Shown here: in pieces, positions 37,601 through 53,069 of the stretch
Position numbering within the stretch: the stretch's first letter is position 1
How the letters are laid out: each line of letters opens with the position of its first letter
From: Tubiluchus corallicola
Lineage: Eukaryota > Animalia > Priapulida
DNA length: 64,000 nt
Direction: 5' to 3'
Assembly (NCBI GenBank): GCA_030141605.1
Contig: JAQGDQ010000062.1
Span: 558,001 to 622,000, forward strand
Translations under genes and position numbers: made by a program
Notes under the pieces: generated by a model
Told to the model about the DNA's origin: nothing
Databases searched by the model: none
What the model saw: only the letters and a program-made list of their open reading frames with translations

Positions 37601-39359
37601 GTGTGTCATCACAGAACTGACGCGTAAAGTCAGTGAGAATTACACTTATTTTTTTCACATTTCCTTCATCACTCTACAGTGAGCTGTTATAGTTATGTAG
37701 AATTAGCGTTTTAGCTGTGAGGTTCTATTTCTTGTTCTCTGTAATTTGTTTACTGAACGTCGACATAATGCTTTTGAAGATCTCCTCTTAGGCAAATACA
37801 TTCAAAACTGCATAAGGTGAAAATCAGTAGGGTGTGCGTATACGCTGAAGTGCTTTGAATAAGCGCAATTAGAACTTCTTGACACAATTTCTAGCCCTGC
37901 CAGCCGCGTGATCTTGAAAAAAAAACTAATCGTTTTGCTCTTGACGAGTCCGTTACCGCTGTTTGCTCTTGCTCATGTTTAAAAACTCCTATTTAATCTG
38001 TATACGTTTAAGATAAATGGTATATTGTTTTCTACAGCCTACAGTAAGACCGTGCTCAAGAAGTTTATAGAAAATACAGAGATTTTTATCTCGACTTCTC
38101 TTTATTAACGGCAAAGCAAAGTTTTTAAATGTGCGCCTGCTACAGAAATATATGGCACTTGAAAAATTACGTATAATTAACGAATAGCGAAGTGATACTA
38201 TGTCTAACACAATTATTAAGGCTAATAATGAATATGGATGCTTTACTGGCGTACTTGCTTAAAAAAAACTATCCATCTTCATAGTTGCAGTAGTGGTGTA
38301 CCTCTCTGTAGGAGCACATGGGAACGGCGTTTGCTTGTTTTGGAGGAGGAACTGCGTTATTTCACTATATAGTCAACCAAATTTTATAAATAATGAAAAT
38401 AATTCTTTTCATTCATTATTTATGTTTGTTACGTGTAAAATATGGTGTTTAAAGCTCTAATGATGTTTATAAGAAAACAAACAAAAGCTCAGCAAGTTTT
38501 TATGTAGCTACGCGTTATATCTCACTTTTTTATAATGTTGAGATTTCGAGAAATTTTTAAGTTATTTGTTTCTGGCTGAAATTGAAGAGAGTGAGCTTAC
38601 GAGAGAGAAATTTAGTCTGATTTGATTGACTGACATGTAGCCAACACATGTATAATGATGTTATTTCGCCGTATTTAGCGTAAAATAAACTTAAAGGACA
38701 TCACTTATTAACCTGTTTGTTATTAAATCAACAGCTCATTTTTGTAGTTTAAGCTGCAAGAAATGCTAATCGCATTATGTATTAGGAGCAAATCAAAAAT
38801 ACAAAACGGACCTACCTTCTAAATCTGAAATATTTATTGCAACTGGCCAGTATGAACAGAATGGGAAAAGGAGTTAGTGCAAGACAGTTTATTTTACTTA
38901 CTACACAATTGTAATTACATACCTCACTATTCTGCAAAGACAGAAATACGAAAACATTTTAATACTGGCATGAATACTGAAAAACTGGTGTGGTATTGCT
39001 TACCTAAGCGCTAATTAAGCGATCTGATGGTAGACTGTCCGAAGCTTTTTTTATTTTCACCGACTAAATTTCTCAAACCTGTGCGTTACACGGCCGGTTG
39101 CTTTCCGTTTATTCATCACAATAAGGTCTCATGAAAAGACGAGCACACAACTAACTGACGTCGTTATATTGCATTTTTTGTTTGGTAAATTTTTAGAGCA
39201 TACCTTGGCACGTGACTTGCGCATCAACTGGCGAATGGTAGAAATTGGAAATTGCGCTAAAAGGCTGCGCAGTTCCTCAACATCATGCGTATGCTGCATG
39301 CGAGCATTGATTCTATATTCACATTAATTTTTATTTTACGAAATACGAGCAAATTTAAT

Positions 39360-39490
39360 AGACATTATTTTTAGCTCTTTGTTTCACCCCATTAACTGTT
39401 CTGTTAAGGAAGTAAATTTAAATAACATTATTTTTAGCAATTCGTTTCACCCCAGTAACTGTTCTGTTAAGGAAATGAATTTAAATAAAT
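39360..39490. repeat. Tandem duplication of a ~62-bp unit
   Basis: acattatttttagc..gtttcacccca..taactgttctgttaaggaa occurs twice. Confidence 0.85.
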
Positions 39491-42103
39491 GTTTTTAATT
39501 TTTCTGATTCATTCAAGTTTCATTGTGTTTCCTCTCTTAAACAAAACTTATTTCATGTAACTCATCCTTTTGCACCCGAAATATAAGAGAGTATATTTAA
39601 CCACAAGATCATGAGGAGCTCATTGCAATGTACACCTAACCAGCAAAGGTGTATCCATCAATAAGGAAATAGTCCTGACGACACAGTTTCCCTTGCAACC
39701 ACCGTATATGTTGTTAGCCAACCTTAACGTTACCTAACTTCGAAAGGAAACGATTTTTCCATATCCTATCCCATTTTGAAATACGGTAAAAACTGTGCAT
39801 TTTAACGCCTATAGTAATGCCAAACTATTTCTCATTTTTAAATAATATGGTTAACATATTTAATAATAGGTTAACATAACATAGCAGGTTAACTTAACAT
39901 AGCAAGACCATCTAGTGATGACATCACACTGAGCATAATTTTGTAACAAAACAAACATTCCATGAGGATATAGTAGTGCTACTGTACAACATTCCGTGTG
40001 AGCAAAACTCGGCAAATTTTATTTTTAAAAATCTAAATTTCAAGTTTACTGCTGTGCTCACGCATGAGCTCTCGAACATGTGCGCTACATCACGATTGAA
40101 TAGCATCTGAACTGAGGGTGCAGCGCCTCTTTTTTGTGCAACGCCTTTCCGAGATGCAGGCGCTAGTGCCCGTCTAACTAGCGAATGCGAAATGCATGTA
40201 ACAACGAAGAAGTAACCGCGCCAACGCGAAATTACGTGTCTGCCGTAATACTTCTTTGACTAAAAAACAATTTGTTGCTTGTCAATATTTTGTAGGTTAG
40301 ATTGCATAGCTAAGTTTAAGACTGCGTCCGCTTTTCCTTTAAGCATATATCGTGATGCTCGATGCTCTACAATCAACAAATCTGGTTTAATACAAGAAAC
40401 CATTCTATGTTTACAAAATGTATTTAATTCGTTTTATGTTTTGATCATCAGTGTTACGTACTATTGCATCGCACTTTAATGGCACCACGATTACATGTAC
40501 AAGACATGGATAGAATTTTCACCTCAATAAAAGAAAAATACAAATTAAAGCATTTCTGCGTGTGGTATAGGAAATATAGTCAAACAACTGGTAAAAGCTT
40601 CGTCTTCGCAAAGGCCTAAAGTATAGCTCACAACAGGCTACGTCATCATCGTAGTTGGTAAAGCAATTTATTTAATTTAGATTTTGTCTATCTTACAATC
40701 ATTTTATTTTCATCGTGCTTTATACTTCGTGCATTAGAAAGGTAAAATCAGCATTGCTTGCATTACTTCTATGAAGAAACATGAATATTACCTGTGTTTG
40801 TGTCATCTGTGATGACCATTTAAGACACTATTTAAATGCAATTGCATGACTGATTTAGTCTTTTTTGTGTATCCGCACATTGCCTGTGTATTCATCTATC
40901 TTTATTGTGTTTACTTTTAATTGTTGTTATTTACTAACGTATGTGACTTGTCGACTGTCCCTGATAACTTACATTAACCTATTAGGTCTCATAATCTATT
41001 TATAATCGTATAATTAATCGTTAATTATAATTAACTAAACATGGCTGAAACTAATAGGACCGGGTTACTGCATAGGCCAAGTAGACCCTGGCCTAGGGAC
41101 CCCGTTTTAAAAGGGCCCTACACCCGTAGGCCTATTAGGCCCACAGTCGGGCCTATACAATTAATGTGCCCTACTTTTTCAACAACTTATCGCAGTGAGA
41201 ACATTACAAAAATGAAGAAAATTGTTTTTGATTAATAGCAACAACAACAATTTTAAAAAATATAAAGGAAACGTTGAATAACTTGTTTAACTTGCATTTG
41301 CAGTATTTGCTAGTGCTTTCACTGTTTCTTAGTTCACATTTGCTTCCTTTCCAACAGACATTAAATTGCTTAAATTTAGTAACTGCAAATAACGAGTTGA
41401 TTCTACAACTTAATGTAAATGACGGCTTACAGTACGTCATTTCCTTATGGGAAGTATAGCACTTTTGAACAGTATTGTGATCTGATTTATTGCAGTGGTA
41501 CTGTTAAGAAACTTTTTTTAGAAGATAAATAATTTATTTCTGATTAGCAAACATTGGCATTGGTAAATTATGTGCCCGACAAAATTAATTAATCATCGAA
41601 TTTAATTAATTATCAAATGCTTGTACAAGTATGACCCTTAAGACAAACTACTTATGATAATATTTGACCAGAATATCCAGAAATAATAAATTTCATGATT
41701 AAAGCTTTTAAAAAGCAGAAACAAATGCCTTTCATGCTTAAACTTCCTGACATTTCCGACTTTAAAGATGCCTAGTCCACATTACCTACGTGTCAAAATA
41801 ACCTATATGTTTAAATGACCCGTGTCCAAATTACTTATGGACCTAAGTGGCCTATTAGTCCAAAATATCTCGTGTCGAACAAACTTACATGCCAAAAACA
41901 CTTAAATGTCCAAATGGTTTATATGTATAAATATCCTGTGTCCAAAACACTTAGTGCCTAAATGGCCTATGTGTCCTGACGACGGCTTGCCTTTCCGCAG
42001 AGATTCTTTTGACGTTGTTGCGTGCGTGCATTTTTGCTCCTTCATTAGCCTGTAGGTGTATTTAATATATTTTCTTCATTTTGTTAATGGTAATTTACTG
42101 GTG

Positions 42104-42985
<882 letters not shown>

Positions 42986-44371
42986 AACTGAATACTTGTG
43001 TTTGTACATTAAATTATAAAAACTAGGCATAAAAAATCCAAGATAAAATTAATTCAAAATACTAGCATCAAGAAATTAGCAAACTGATAAAAAGAAAATC
43101 TCAATTGAAAACTATACAAGAAATTAAAAATTAAATAAAAGTACCCAAGAAAAGCTATGTAAAAATTTGCCAATTTGCCATTAAGTAATTTTTTTTTCAT
43201 ATCATTTTAACGATGTTTCGTGTATGGTAAAGTTGTATAAAAGTTTCTATTAACAGAACAAATTTCTTCAGAAACTATTCTTGCATTTCACAAATTCATT
43301 ACATTACAGGTGTTATTTGTGAAGTCATTCTTTGCAAAGTTTAACACTATCACTTTCTTACTTGTTGCACATGTAACCTATTCAGAGTATCTTCATAAAC
43401 AAGAAAAATCTTAATGATCACATTTCACCTGGCAATAATTTACTAATGCAGCAATATAGCAATACGGGCAGATTGACTGGCCTGCTGAGATGAAATGGCC
43501 TGCTTGTTGAATGTAGATGCATGAAGATAGTATTGAAATTTTAAGTTTGTTTTACAGACTGAATTTATTATGTATTTGCCTAGAATTTATTAATAATTCT
43601 GTGCGGAAATCTTTAGGCCTTCTGTGATCTAAGCTTACATAACTTAGGTACATTGTACGAAATAAATAAGGGAATTCTCTGATGTGATCAATGTTATCCT
43701 CTAATTCAAAAAAAAAAATCTTGAAATTATAAAGCTTCGAACGCGAGGACTTCTAAACGTTCATAATGAATGGAGCGGCACGTGCACCTCTGTTTAGAAT
43801 GTGGTTGAAAGGTGAGAAATGATTGCGAATGTCATTTTGGTTGTAACAAAACGTTTAGTTAATAATTTGACGGTTTTCATCTGTGTGAAATCTTAATGGG
43901 TGCACCGCCCACTTTGTTTCTTTCCGTTATTATAATATTAGCAGAACAATCGCATTATAACGCTCTTAACACTCAGTTCCTGTTTGCGTCAATTAGCAAT
44001 GTCTAGGTACACGTTTTATTTTTATTGATACAACTGTGAACAGCAGAAGATCATCTCATTAGCTTGTTGTCACGGATGTTTTCACCTGTAAATAAGTTTA
44101 ATTCATTTAAACTGCGGAAGACATGGTGAAAATAGTATGAAGTGTAACCCGTGATGTGTAAAATCTGCCTGTAAGGGGAGACATGAATGGTACTGGTTGA
44201 ACACAATAGCGGCAAAATCTCCTATTCTACCCAATAGATAGGCTTAATTAGGCTAATTTGCTGCATTTAATGATGCGATTCTAGTATATGAGGAAGAAGC
44301 AAATCCGTAATATCAACCATATAATGTGCCAGGTTTGTGTGTATCCTGCGTGTGTGACTGTTCAGATCTCG

Positions 44372-44532
44372 TGTAACCCAAGACGGCGCACAATCTGGAG
44401 ACCCTATGTAACCCAGGCCGGTGCCCAATCTGGAAACCCTGTGCACCCCAAGACGGCGCACAATCTGGTAACCCTGTGCACCCAAGACGGAGCACAACCC
44501 GGAGACTCTGCGTAACCTCCAACACGGAGCAC
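44372..44532. repeat. 35-bp GC-rich minisatellite, ~4.5 copies
   Basis: AACCCAAGACGGCGCACAATCTGGAGACCCTATGT variants. Confidence 0.88.
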
Positions 44533-47049
44533 TCGTGGAGGGAGTACCAATCATTAGAAGAACGGCACTTCTAGTTTGTAATATGTATAAATAGATGGAT
44601 GAAATCTTTATTTGCCAATTACAATATGCAGTACAAAGTAAAAGTATATTGCACGTAAAAGATATTGGCCTATACTGCGTACAGGAGGCAGTATACCAGT
44701 TAAGTATATGCAACGTATGCGACTGACTGAACATTGGCAATAGCGTCATCTACAACTATTACAGGTATTACAGGTATAAACTATGAGGTCTTGGGTTACA
44801 CAGCGTCTCCGGGACTACTGGAAACTATACTGGAAATTAATAAACTGTGAGACACAGATATTATTTTTCAAAATCTACATATTTACAGATAATTAAGTGA
44901 ATACGCCGTATAAACGTAAATGATTAATACAAATACATGATAACTATTAATTAATATATATATTATGTGTGCCAATTATTATACAGGGACTTACAGAAGA
45001 AATGTATTGATAATCAAATCGCAATGAAGTGTGACTGAACTTTAAGTCATATGCTAAGAGTATACTACTATTATTATTCAATAATGCATCACAATGAGTT
45101 TTGCGAGAAATCAAATCATATTAACTGGTAGAAGTGTTCGTTGTTAATTGTGGGCACAAGTAGGAGCAACATTACATGTTATGAAAAACGTTTAAGTTCA
45201 TCAGGTTCAATTCCGCATTATGACATCACACTGACACAAAAATAATTATATTTGCATAACTCCAATTATCCTTATAACTTGGTTTGTGTACAAGACAATA
45301 CATGCACATCATCATATTTCTGTATACAGAAATATACAGCCCAGTGTGATATTAAAAGAAAGGAAGTGATTATAAAAAAATACAACCAGAGAACAACTTC
45401 CAGAAAGACATGGCTCAGAATGGCATAAGAGAATGGTTACAAAAAAGATGCTGTTAGTGAACGATCCTCAGAAAGGCATGACTCAGTATGATAAGAATAA
45501 GAAAGGTTACACAAGAGAAAGTCCTGGTGAATCACATGTATGAGAAAGACGTGTACCGGCATAGATATCGAATGAAAAGGAATGAGAACACAAGATGAAA
45601 TACTGAAAAGCGACATACACAACAACATCGCGCTCCAGTAGACCTGGAAGAAAATTAAACCGTAAAAGACAGTAACAAACCAAAACTGATTACCTCCACC
45701 ACTAAATCTTGTATTTCGATGCAGCAATTGGAAAAAAATTGGAACGGTCAAAAACATTATGGTGGGTTGTTAATACCAATTCATTATAAGTCTCATTAAC
45801 TCTAAATTTTAATTAATAGATTGTTGTTCTAGTAATTTCATTAAAATATAGGAAATCTTAAGTTCGCACACATTATGTGTAGTCAAGCAACCATGCTTGA
45901 TCTCGTGTATCAATTGTACTTGATATACAATCCTCATTGTAGTCGATATGAAGTAGGTGATATCTACAATTTTCATTGTAGTCGATATATGCACTAGTCA
46001 ACTAATTCACGCAAAAGCATAAAAATTGCTTACCAAAAATATATAATTATAGTTGCCGTAACAAGTCACATATGCACTAGTATTTTACAATGTATCGATT
46101 TACGAAAGTTCGGCAAATGTTCACATTCTAAGATTACAAAAAGTTATAAATTTTGTTGCCAGTGCAGTTTCTAAAACGAGAAAATTTAACTATGTGTCTA
46201 ACTTTGTTACAAATTTAAATCGGTTAAACTACGATGAATTGTGAGATGCTTGTATGCTCCATGACGCTACAATGGCTGTGCATATTTATAAGCAGATTCA
46301 TTTTTATTCAAATGAAATCACCCGTAGCAACAACCGTCTAAGTTTCTTCATATTCAACACAGAAAATTCAACGTTGATCGTGATCGCTTCTTCATTATTC
46401 GAGCAAGTCAAGATTACAATTATGCCATCAAACCAAAATTACATTTCATTAACAATTTTCACAGTTAGAAAAGTATCAAAAAGATATACTCTTCAATAAC
46501 GAACCTAACTTATATTTCATGTTCAAAATTTCTTTATTTTTGTATTATTCATGTACTGCAGGAGATTATTAATTTTGTCTGTACAGTGATTGTTTTATAG
46601 CGATTCTTAAAATTGTCAAACTGGTTATATTTTAAAATTTGTCTTTAAAATGTAATTTGCACTAAGAAGAGCCACATTTAAATAGAAAGTGTAACAAAAA
46701 GGTATAAACCAATAAATAAATAGCAGAATAGTTCCAAGTAATATTTCGCATCATTAATATGCAAACTTATTATTGTGTTGATACATTAGAAAATGACGAC
46801 AGTGGCATGAAGACAAGATAATGAGCAACAACAACAAATCCAAAAAACTTATGGCGGAAAACAAAAAATCTTCATTGGTAAAACTTCTATCAAGTAAAAC
46901 CTTGATAGAATAAAAGCAACAGAACTCGTAGAATTACATAATCTTTTTTTAGTAATCTAATTAAACTGAAACAAAGAATAATCGATTTAAAATTGTATTT
47001 TGACAACAAAACGCATAAAGGTAAAATACTGTAATCATTACAGCATTTT

Positions 47050-48640
47050 TCTTAACGAAATGGACCCTGGTGAAAGGTACCACTGCCAAAACGAAACATT
47101 TTGTTAAAGAAATAAGATAACAATAGTTTTTATAAGAAAAAATCAGGTAATATTATGGACTATAACGATTATCGGCCTGTAGCCTTATCATATGTAATAG
47201 TAAACTTATTGAACAAATATTGTTAATGAAGTTTGAAAACCTTATTAGTTCCATATAATTGACTAGTGCATCTATATGCTGAAAGAAATTACTCTCACTT
47301 GTCGAAATAATCGTAGCCAGCAAGGCATTGGACCGGGTAAACCACCATATTCTGTTTAAAAATTAAAAGATATGTGACTTTTTAATGCTTCTCTTCGGCT
47401 ATTCATAGAGTACTATAATGATTGCAGTTTATTTATAGATGGTGTTTATAACAATAAAACATTAGCCAGCGGCTATTATAATCGACCATACAATTTATGT
47501 AAAAAATACCTAGAATGGCTTTTGTGGGGCACACACTACACTGACTTTTTATACTTTTGGTTAGTGGCTGAGACAGGGTGGCATCTCTTGTATTTATTTC
47601 TTTTTTTTGCAAAATGTATACATTATCTTTTAAACTTCTATGCAATATGAAGAGTTCAACCTGTCGCCCGATCGAGGCAGATTACCAGTCACCTGTTATA
47701 CGCCGATAATCTGCGTCTAATTGCCCTTTCAGTTCCTGCTCTTCAACGCTGATCTCTTACAAGTTTGCCAAACTTACGGAAAAAGCCGCGATGTATATTT
47801 ATAAAAGCGAAAAAACTAAACTTGTAAATTTTCTTCCACATAATGTGAAAATATAATACCCGGTAAAGTGTCTCTAAAAAAGAAAATTGTTTAGTTTTAG
47901 TAATACTGAAAGGTATTTTGGCCACTTATTCTGTGTTGATCCTTGTGATAGATCTGCTATTGATAACCAACCGCAATTATTCTAGTACGCCCAATAGTCT
48001 TATTAGAAAGTTGGCAAATTGTTCTCTGACGGTTAAACAATTACTTTTTCGTTCTATGTCAGTAAGCCTTTTCATAGTTTCGTTGTGTACACTCACAGTT
48101 GCTATAGGTCAAAGGTTAAGTGTACCACAGCAACGCGTCTTAGCTACAACCACCATCACTTGACATGTGGGTAAAGCAAAGCCCAGTGGAGTAACTGGCA
48201 GTTGTTTTACATGGACTATGCTTAATTATGCATTAGACTGTGTGGAATCTTGCTTAGGAACAAGAAAAAATGAACTAGGTAAGGTTCTATAGCTAGCATT
48301 CGTCGCTTTTTTCATTACTACTGTATTACAATAGCATGAACTACGAGGCGTTGTCAAGTGTACACAAGTGCGTTGTTTGGTATACTTAACCTTTGACCTT
48401 TTCACGATCATCATCAATCGCTGAAACTGTGAAAAGGCTTATTAAGCAATTACTTTTTTCCTTCATTCTGTACAACACTCTATTGATGTGATATGTGCAT
48501 CAAGTATAACTGAGGGATAATTAGAAAGCACAGAACAGCTTAGAATAGTGATGTTCGAAAGGTTTTTCGGTGTTCTAATGGCAGAGAGTATCTTTCATAT
48601 GTGTGTGGAATAATCTACACCATTTAATGTAATGATACAT
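47050..48640 (+). pseudogene. Heavily decayed LINE reverse transcriptase (RTE-X-like)
   Basis: Fragments DYRPVALS, ASKALDRVNHHILF, LRQGGI, HLLYADNL-LIALS in correct order across frameshifts. Confidence 0.75.
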
Positions 48641-48643
48641 AGG

Positions 48644-49140
48644 CAGGTTGGATAAGATTATGAAAGATTATGGATATGTATAAAATAAATAAAATAGTTT
48701 ATTTTATGGATTTTTGAAATTTTATTTTATGGATATCAATAAAAATAGACTGTATCTGGAACGAGATGCCCATGGGGAAATCAATTAAAAAATAAAAACA
48801 GGAGTGCTTGAAACGTTTTTAAACACGCAGGACTTAGTTTTAATTTTATCGGTTTCGTTTTAATTTTATATCGGTTTCATATCACTTCAAATTTTACGAG
48901 ACAATGCCTTTTCCTCACTTCAGTTCAAATAATTCATCTGTTTGGTACGAATGTAGAATACCCTCTAGGCTGAAGTTTCCGATCCAATGCCTGTATTCAG
49001 TTTTGATTGCCTTATTTTGTACAAAAAATCACAAAAAAGTATTTTTTATTTTATGCATTTCTAATTTTATGGATTTTTCAAATTTTATTTTTTGGATTTT
49101 TGGTATTATTTTGTGGATATCCATAATCTTATGCAGCCTG
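48644..49140. mobile_element. MITE-like element
   Basis: TIR CAGGTTGGATAAGATTATG / CATAATCTTATGCAGCCTG, subterminal tatggattttt repeats. Confidence 0.55.
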
Positions 49141-50487
49141 TACATAAGGCTATCCTCGGTTTGTTGTAGTAGTACAGGATTGGATTGACTTATAAGCTAG
49201 AAATGCTGAGGCCTAAGGCCTCGAAATCTATGGACTTTCGCCAACGTGTATAAAATTTTTTACACTCTCATAAGTCTCTTCTACACATGCTGCCATATGT
49301 ACTCTGGTCTCTAAAATAATCTTCCTTCAGTAATTTTCTTTGCCTTTCTAAGAATGACAAATCTGGGGATGCTTCATGTTTTCCTTTCTAATATTCAAGG
49401 TTAATTTTACTGACGCGAAAAAACTGAATATTTCAGCTTGACTTAGTTTCCTTGCTGATATTTATTTCTGATACTGATCAATAGTGCAGTAGGTCATCAA
49501 TAGCTGATGTGTATCACAGAAATTGTTTACCAAGTGAGATAAAATTTGTGAGGTTAAAGGTCTTTAAAGAATATAAAAGTAAATTTACAGTTTCATATTT
49601 TTAATTCCTTCTTCAAAATATTCGCAAAGTTCAGTTTTTGCAAGCAAAAAGTTTTTCACAGTATTTATTTTGCATTCATTGCAGCATTTAGCAACATCAT
49701 CTTATATCATATAAAGAAGGAATTCTGATTAGAAAGAATTTTTTGAATTGCGTTATTTTATTAAACACTCGTCATTGCCATCGGCTTAAATTTAGTGTAA
49801 GAAGCTCTTCCATGTTTTTCTTGTCTTGAGAGTCGGCAGTGAGCGGGGAACATCAGGTGTTGGGTAGGTTGGTTACTCACAAGATGAATTTCAGAGGGTC
49901 TCTCTTCGTCAAGTCCGGCTTTGCAGTAACTTGGTAGCAGACACTAATCTGGTGTTTTCAAATGTTAGATATAGGTGGAAAATAATTCAATATTCGAGCC
50001 ATACACGCGATCTGCAATTGATCTGCATTCTAATATGAAGACTTGCATCATTATTAGGCCTATGTGCAATGCATGATATTTGTTGGTTAAATACGCCTGC
50101 TAACAATAAAGTCAGTGATGCAATGCATTCATCCATTCTTCATTCATTTGATCTTTCAATGGTCACATTGGCAACGTTTTCTATTTCGCATCGCTGCTAA
50201 AACTGATGCATTAGGGACCCAATATTAGATACGCGACATGGTGGGGTCCAGTTCACAATACGTGAATACGGTGCAGATCTGTGTAGGAAATTTTTTACTG
50301 TGACTTAAGATATAAAAGTGTGCAGTAGAAATAAAAAAGTTAATCAAACAACTGTTGAGCACCCAAACAGTTATTTGATTAACTCTTGCAATTTTTAGTT
50401 AATCAATGCTATTCTTGCTTGGGCAGGTGAACTAAGGTAGTCGAATAGCAAGTGTGTATCGTCTGACCTCAGGTCATAGAGTCGGAA

Positions 50488-50707
50488 ATGCATGACACGT
50501 GAAAAATTCATTATTACCATCTTACCCCACTTTCGACTTTGTGCTAGAGCTTTCTTTGCATGAAATTAATATGGATTAAATTAACACCGTACAAATTGGT
50601 GATAATTTAATCTATCTTAACTTTGTGCAAAGAAAGCTCTAGCTGAGTCTAGCCTAAAGTCGTCAATAGAGTCAGATGGTAATAATCAAATTTCAGGTGT
50701 CTGGCAT
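50488..50707. repeat. ~220-bp imperfect palindrome (foldback)
   Basis: Nested pairs attattaccatct/agatggtaataat, cgacttt/aaagtcg, gctagagctttctttgca/tgcaaagaaagctctagc, gattaaatta/taatttaatc. Confidence 0.9.
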
Positions 50708-51925
50708 ACGTAAGAGTGCATATTAAATCGTTTAGATTAAATTAGATTAAGATTAGATTAAGATTAGATCAGATTTCGATGAAGGAAATTTGTTTTATAA
50801 CACAAAAATTCCACGCTGTCACTTAACAATAAACACTACTAAGTATTAGACACATAAATAAGAATAATTCATGTATTTTCAATACTATAGTCAATTAATT
50901 AACACCATATTTATAACAGTGTAACATTTTGTAACAAACTCATAACTCAATCGTGAAGGAGGGCCTATATCATTCTCTCAATAATCAATAAAATCTACCA
51001 AAATATTCAGAAATGTCGGTCTGAGAATTTTAGAGGATGCGAATTATTATACAAAGTTGAGCCAATTTTTCCGTTACGTGTAAATTATCATGTAAATTAT
51101 CGATATTACAAAAATAGTTATTGGATAATTTGCAAGATGTTTTAATCGTTTTTGCGTAGCACTTGAAGAAGCAAAACTGTGATTTTTTTTAAGTTTGCGT
51201 GACTATCACGTGGCTATTACAATTTGAGTTGTAAAGCTCAAAAAGCATTCACTTTAGCAGCCATCATCTCTTTACATTTCACGTAACAAAAATAGCTAGC
51301 TTTATTTTAAGGCAGACACCTTTTTAAAGGCACAGAAGACATCGTGCGTGCTTGTAAAATATTTTCCACTTTTTGCTAGAATTTCAACTGATATAATTTA
51401 GTTTGTTTATAGTCAGTTTTCTGTGCATAGCAGCAATGCGAAAGGCTTTAAAATAAGTGGAAGAATGAAGTGAAATTTTCAATCTAAATGATGGTATCTT
51501 CTGTGCTTATCGGACTTTCTTTTAAAACCAGAAGTAAAATAAAGTGCTCAGAAAGACTGGAAATTTTCTTGCACTTTTCTTTTCTTTAGCTAAACTAAAG
51601 ATTGTTACAGGCCGAATAAGAAAATACACACGATTGTTATTCGAAAATGAGTAGCGGTCTCTAGGTATGCGGGCCATGCCTCTATGCTGCATGTGAAGGG
51701 AGACAGCATAAGCTTTGCATGACTAACACCAGATAGCAGCAGTCTGCAACACATTAACATATTTTTACATACGTTTTTTATTCTATTATTATCCTTATAA
51801 ATGCTCAAATAACAATTTTCCACAGCCACTATATGTACCTAAGCATACAAGAATAAGCCTGATAACAGCAGGTTTAGGTCGAATAATTATAAAAATGCGA
51901 TTTACATTTATGTCTCTTTATTATT

Positions 51926-51977
51926 GCTGTACTGTGACTTTGCTGTACTGTGACTTTGCTGTACTGTGACTTTGCTG
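51926..51977. repeat. 16-bp tandem repeat x3
   Basis: GCTGTACTGTGACTTT. Confidence 0.9.
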
Positions 51978-52641
51978 TTAAAACGTCAAAATAATAAAAA
52001 TTCGTAGAGGCGCCTCTGAGATGCCAATAAGCACGGACAAGCAAAACTAATTTAGCAAATTTCCAAAGTGACAATCGGTTGTTAGAAACTAGAAGCAGGC
52101 TTTAATTTTCCGTTCTGTATTTTTTTACAAATTTTGTTACTTAGTGAGCATTCTCGGCAGAGGCAGCTAAACTCAACGCTTCACTTTGTCAGGCGACTGC
52201 AGTTTGCGAAATTTTTCGTCTCTGGCCTGTCATAGATACGTTTCTCACTAATTCTTAAAATAATGATCTACCAATTTAAAGTTCTCGCACGCCTTTTTTC
52301 ATGAAGGCCTGTTGGCGCTATAGTTTACCAGTTTTTCAGTCTCTTGAATCACATAATTAATGTGTCAATCAATCAGTCACGAATAGAGAAAAAGCAAAGT
52401 CGAGAGCAACATACCATAATGGATTAACTTTTTTGTTACATTATGGGTTTTACAGTGTACAAAACTGGGCAAATTTCAGTCACTTCATTTTACTTTTTTG
52501 AGTAAAAAGTTATGCATTAGCTGCGTTTTTTTACTTTATAAGTTAAATTTGTATTACATTATCGGTTTGTATTACTATATCGGGTGTTTATTGCAGTATC
52601 AGTTATAAGCAATATCCTTGACAACGCATCCAGTTTCATTT

Positions 52642-53069
52642 TCACGGACACGGACCATCTACAGCTAAATCGTCAGGACACAGACATAGGTATGAACGCG
52701 GACTCGCTATATTAGTATAGCAGGTTCCTCCTTTGCCGCAAGGATTACCATCACACACGCGAGTACAGCGCCTTGACCTATGTCTGCTGCTAGACGGTGG
52801 ATCAGGCAAATAGTAGTAAGGATCATATTTTATATGTGCCCCAATGCTTGGTTTATAAGCCCACACGTACTCCCGCTGTTCATCGTTTCGAATCAAATGA
52901 CGAGGTAAGAAGTCGGCTTCGTCATGTTCGTATGAGAAATCCGCTCTGCTGGTTGGATAAGATCCAGGGCTGCAGATGCATCGCTGTCGTCCACTATATG
53001 GATCCATCTGACAGATAGCGTTACTGCTGCATTGTCGCGTAAACAAACACTCACTACCAACGCCCTCTC
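52642..53069 (-). CDS. Gene B distal terminal double-EGF exon
   Basis: Phase-1 acceptor gttgtttttag, 12 Cys, stop TGA, AATAAA ~50 nt downstream (52587-52592). Confidence 0.78.

Noticed and set aside
49870-49915. Hammerhead-like core on minus strand (TTGACGA-AGAG..CTCT-GAAA with a plausible stem III)
   Set aside because: C3 is replaced by U and stem I cannot pair
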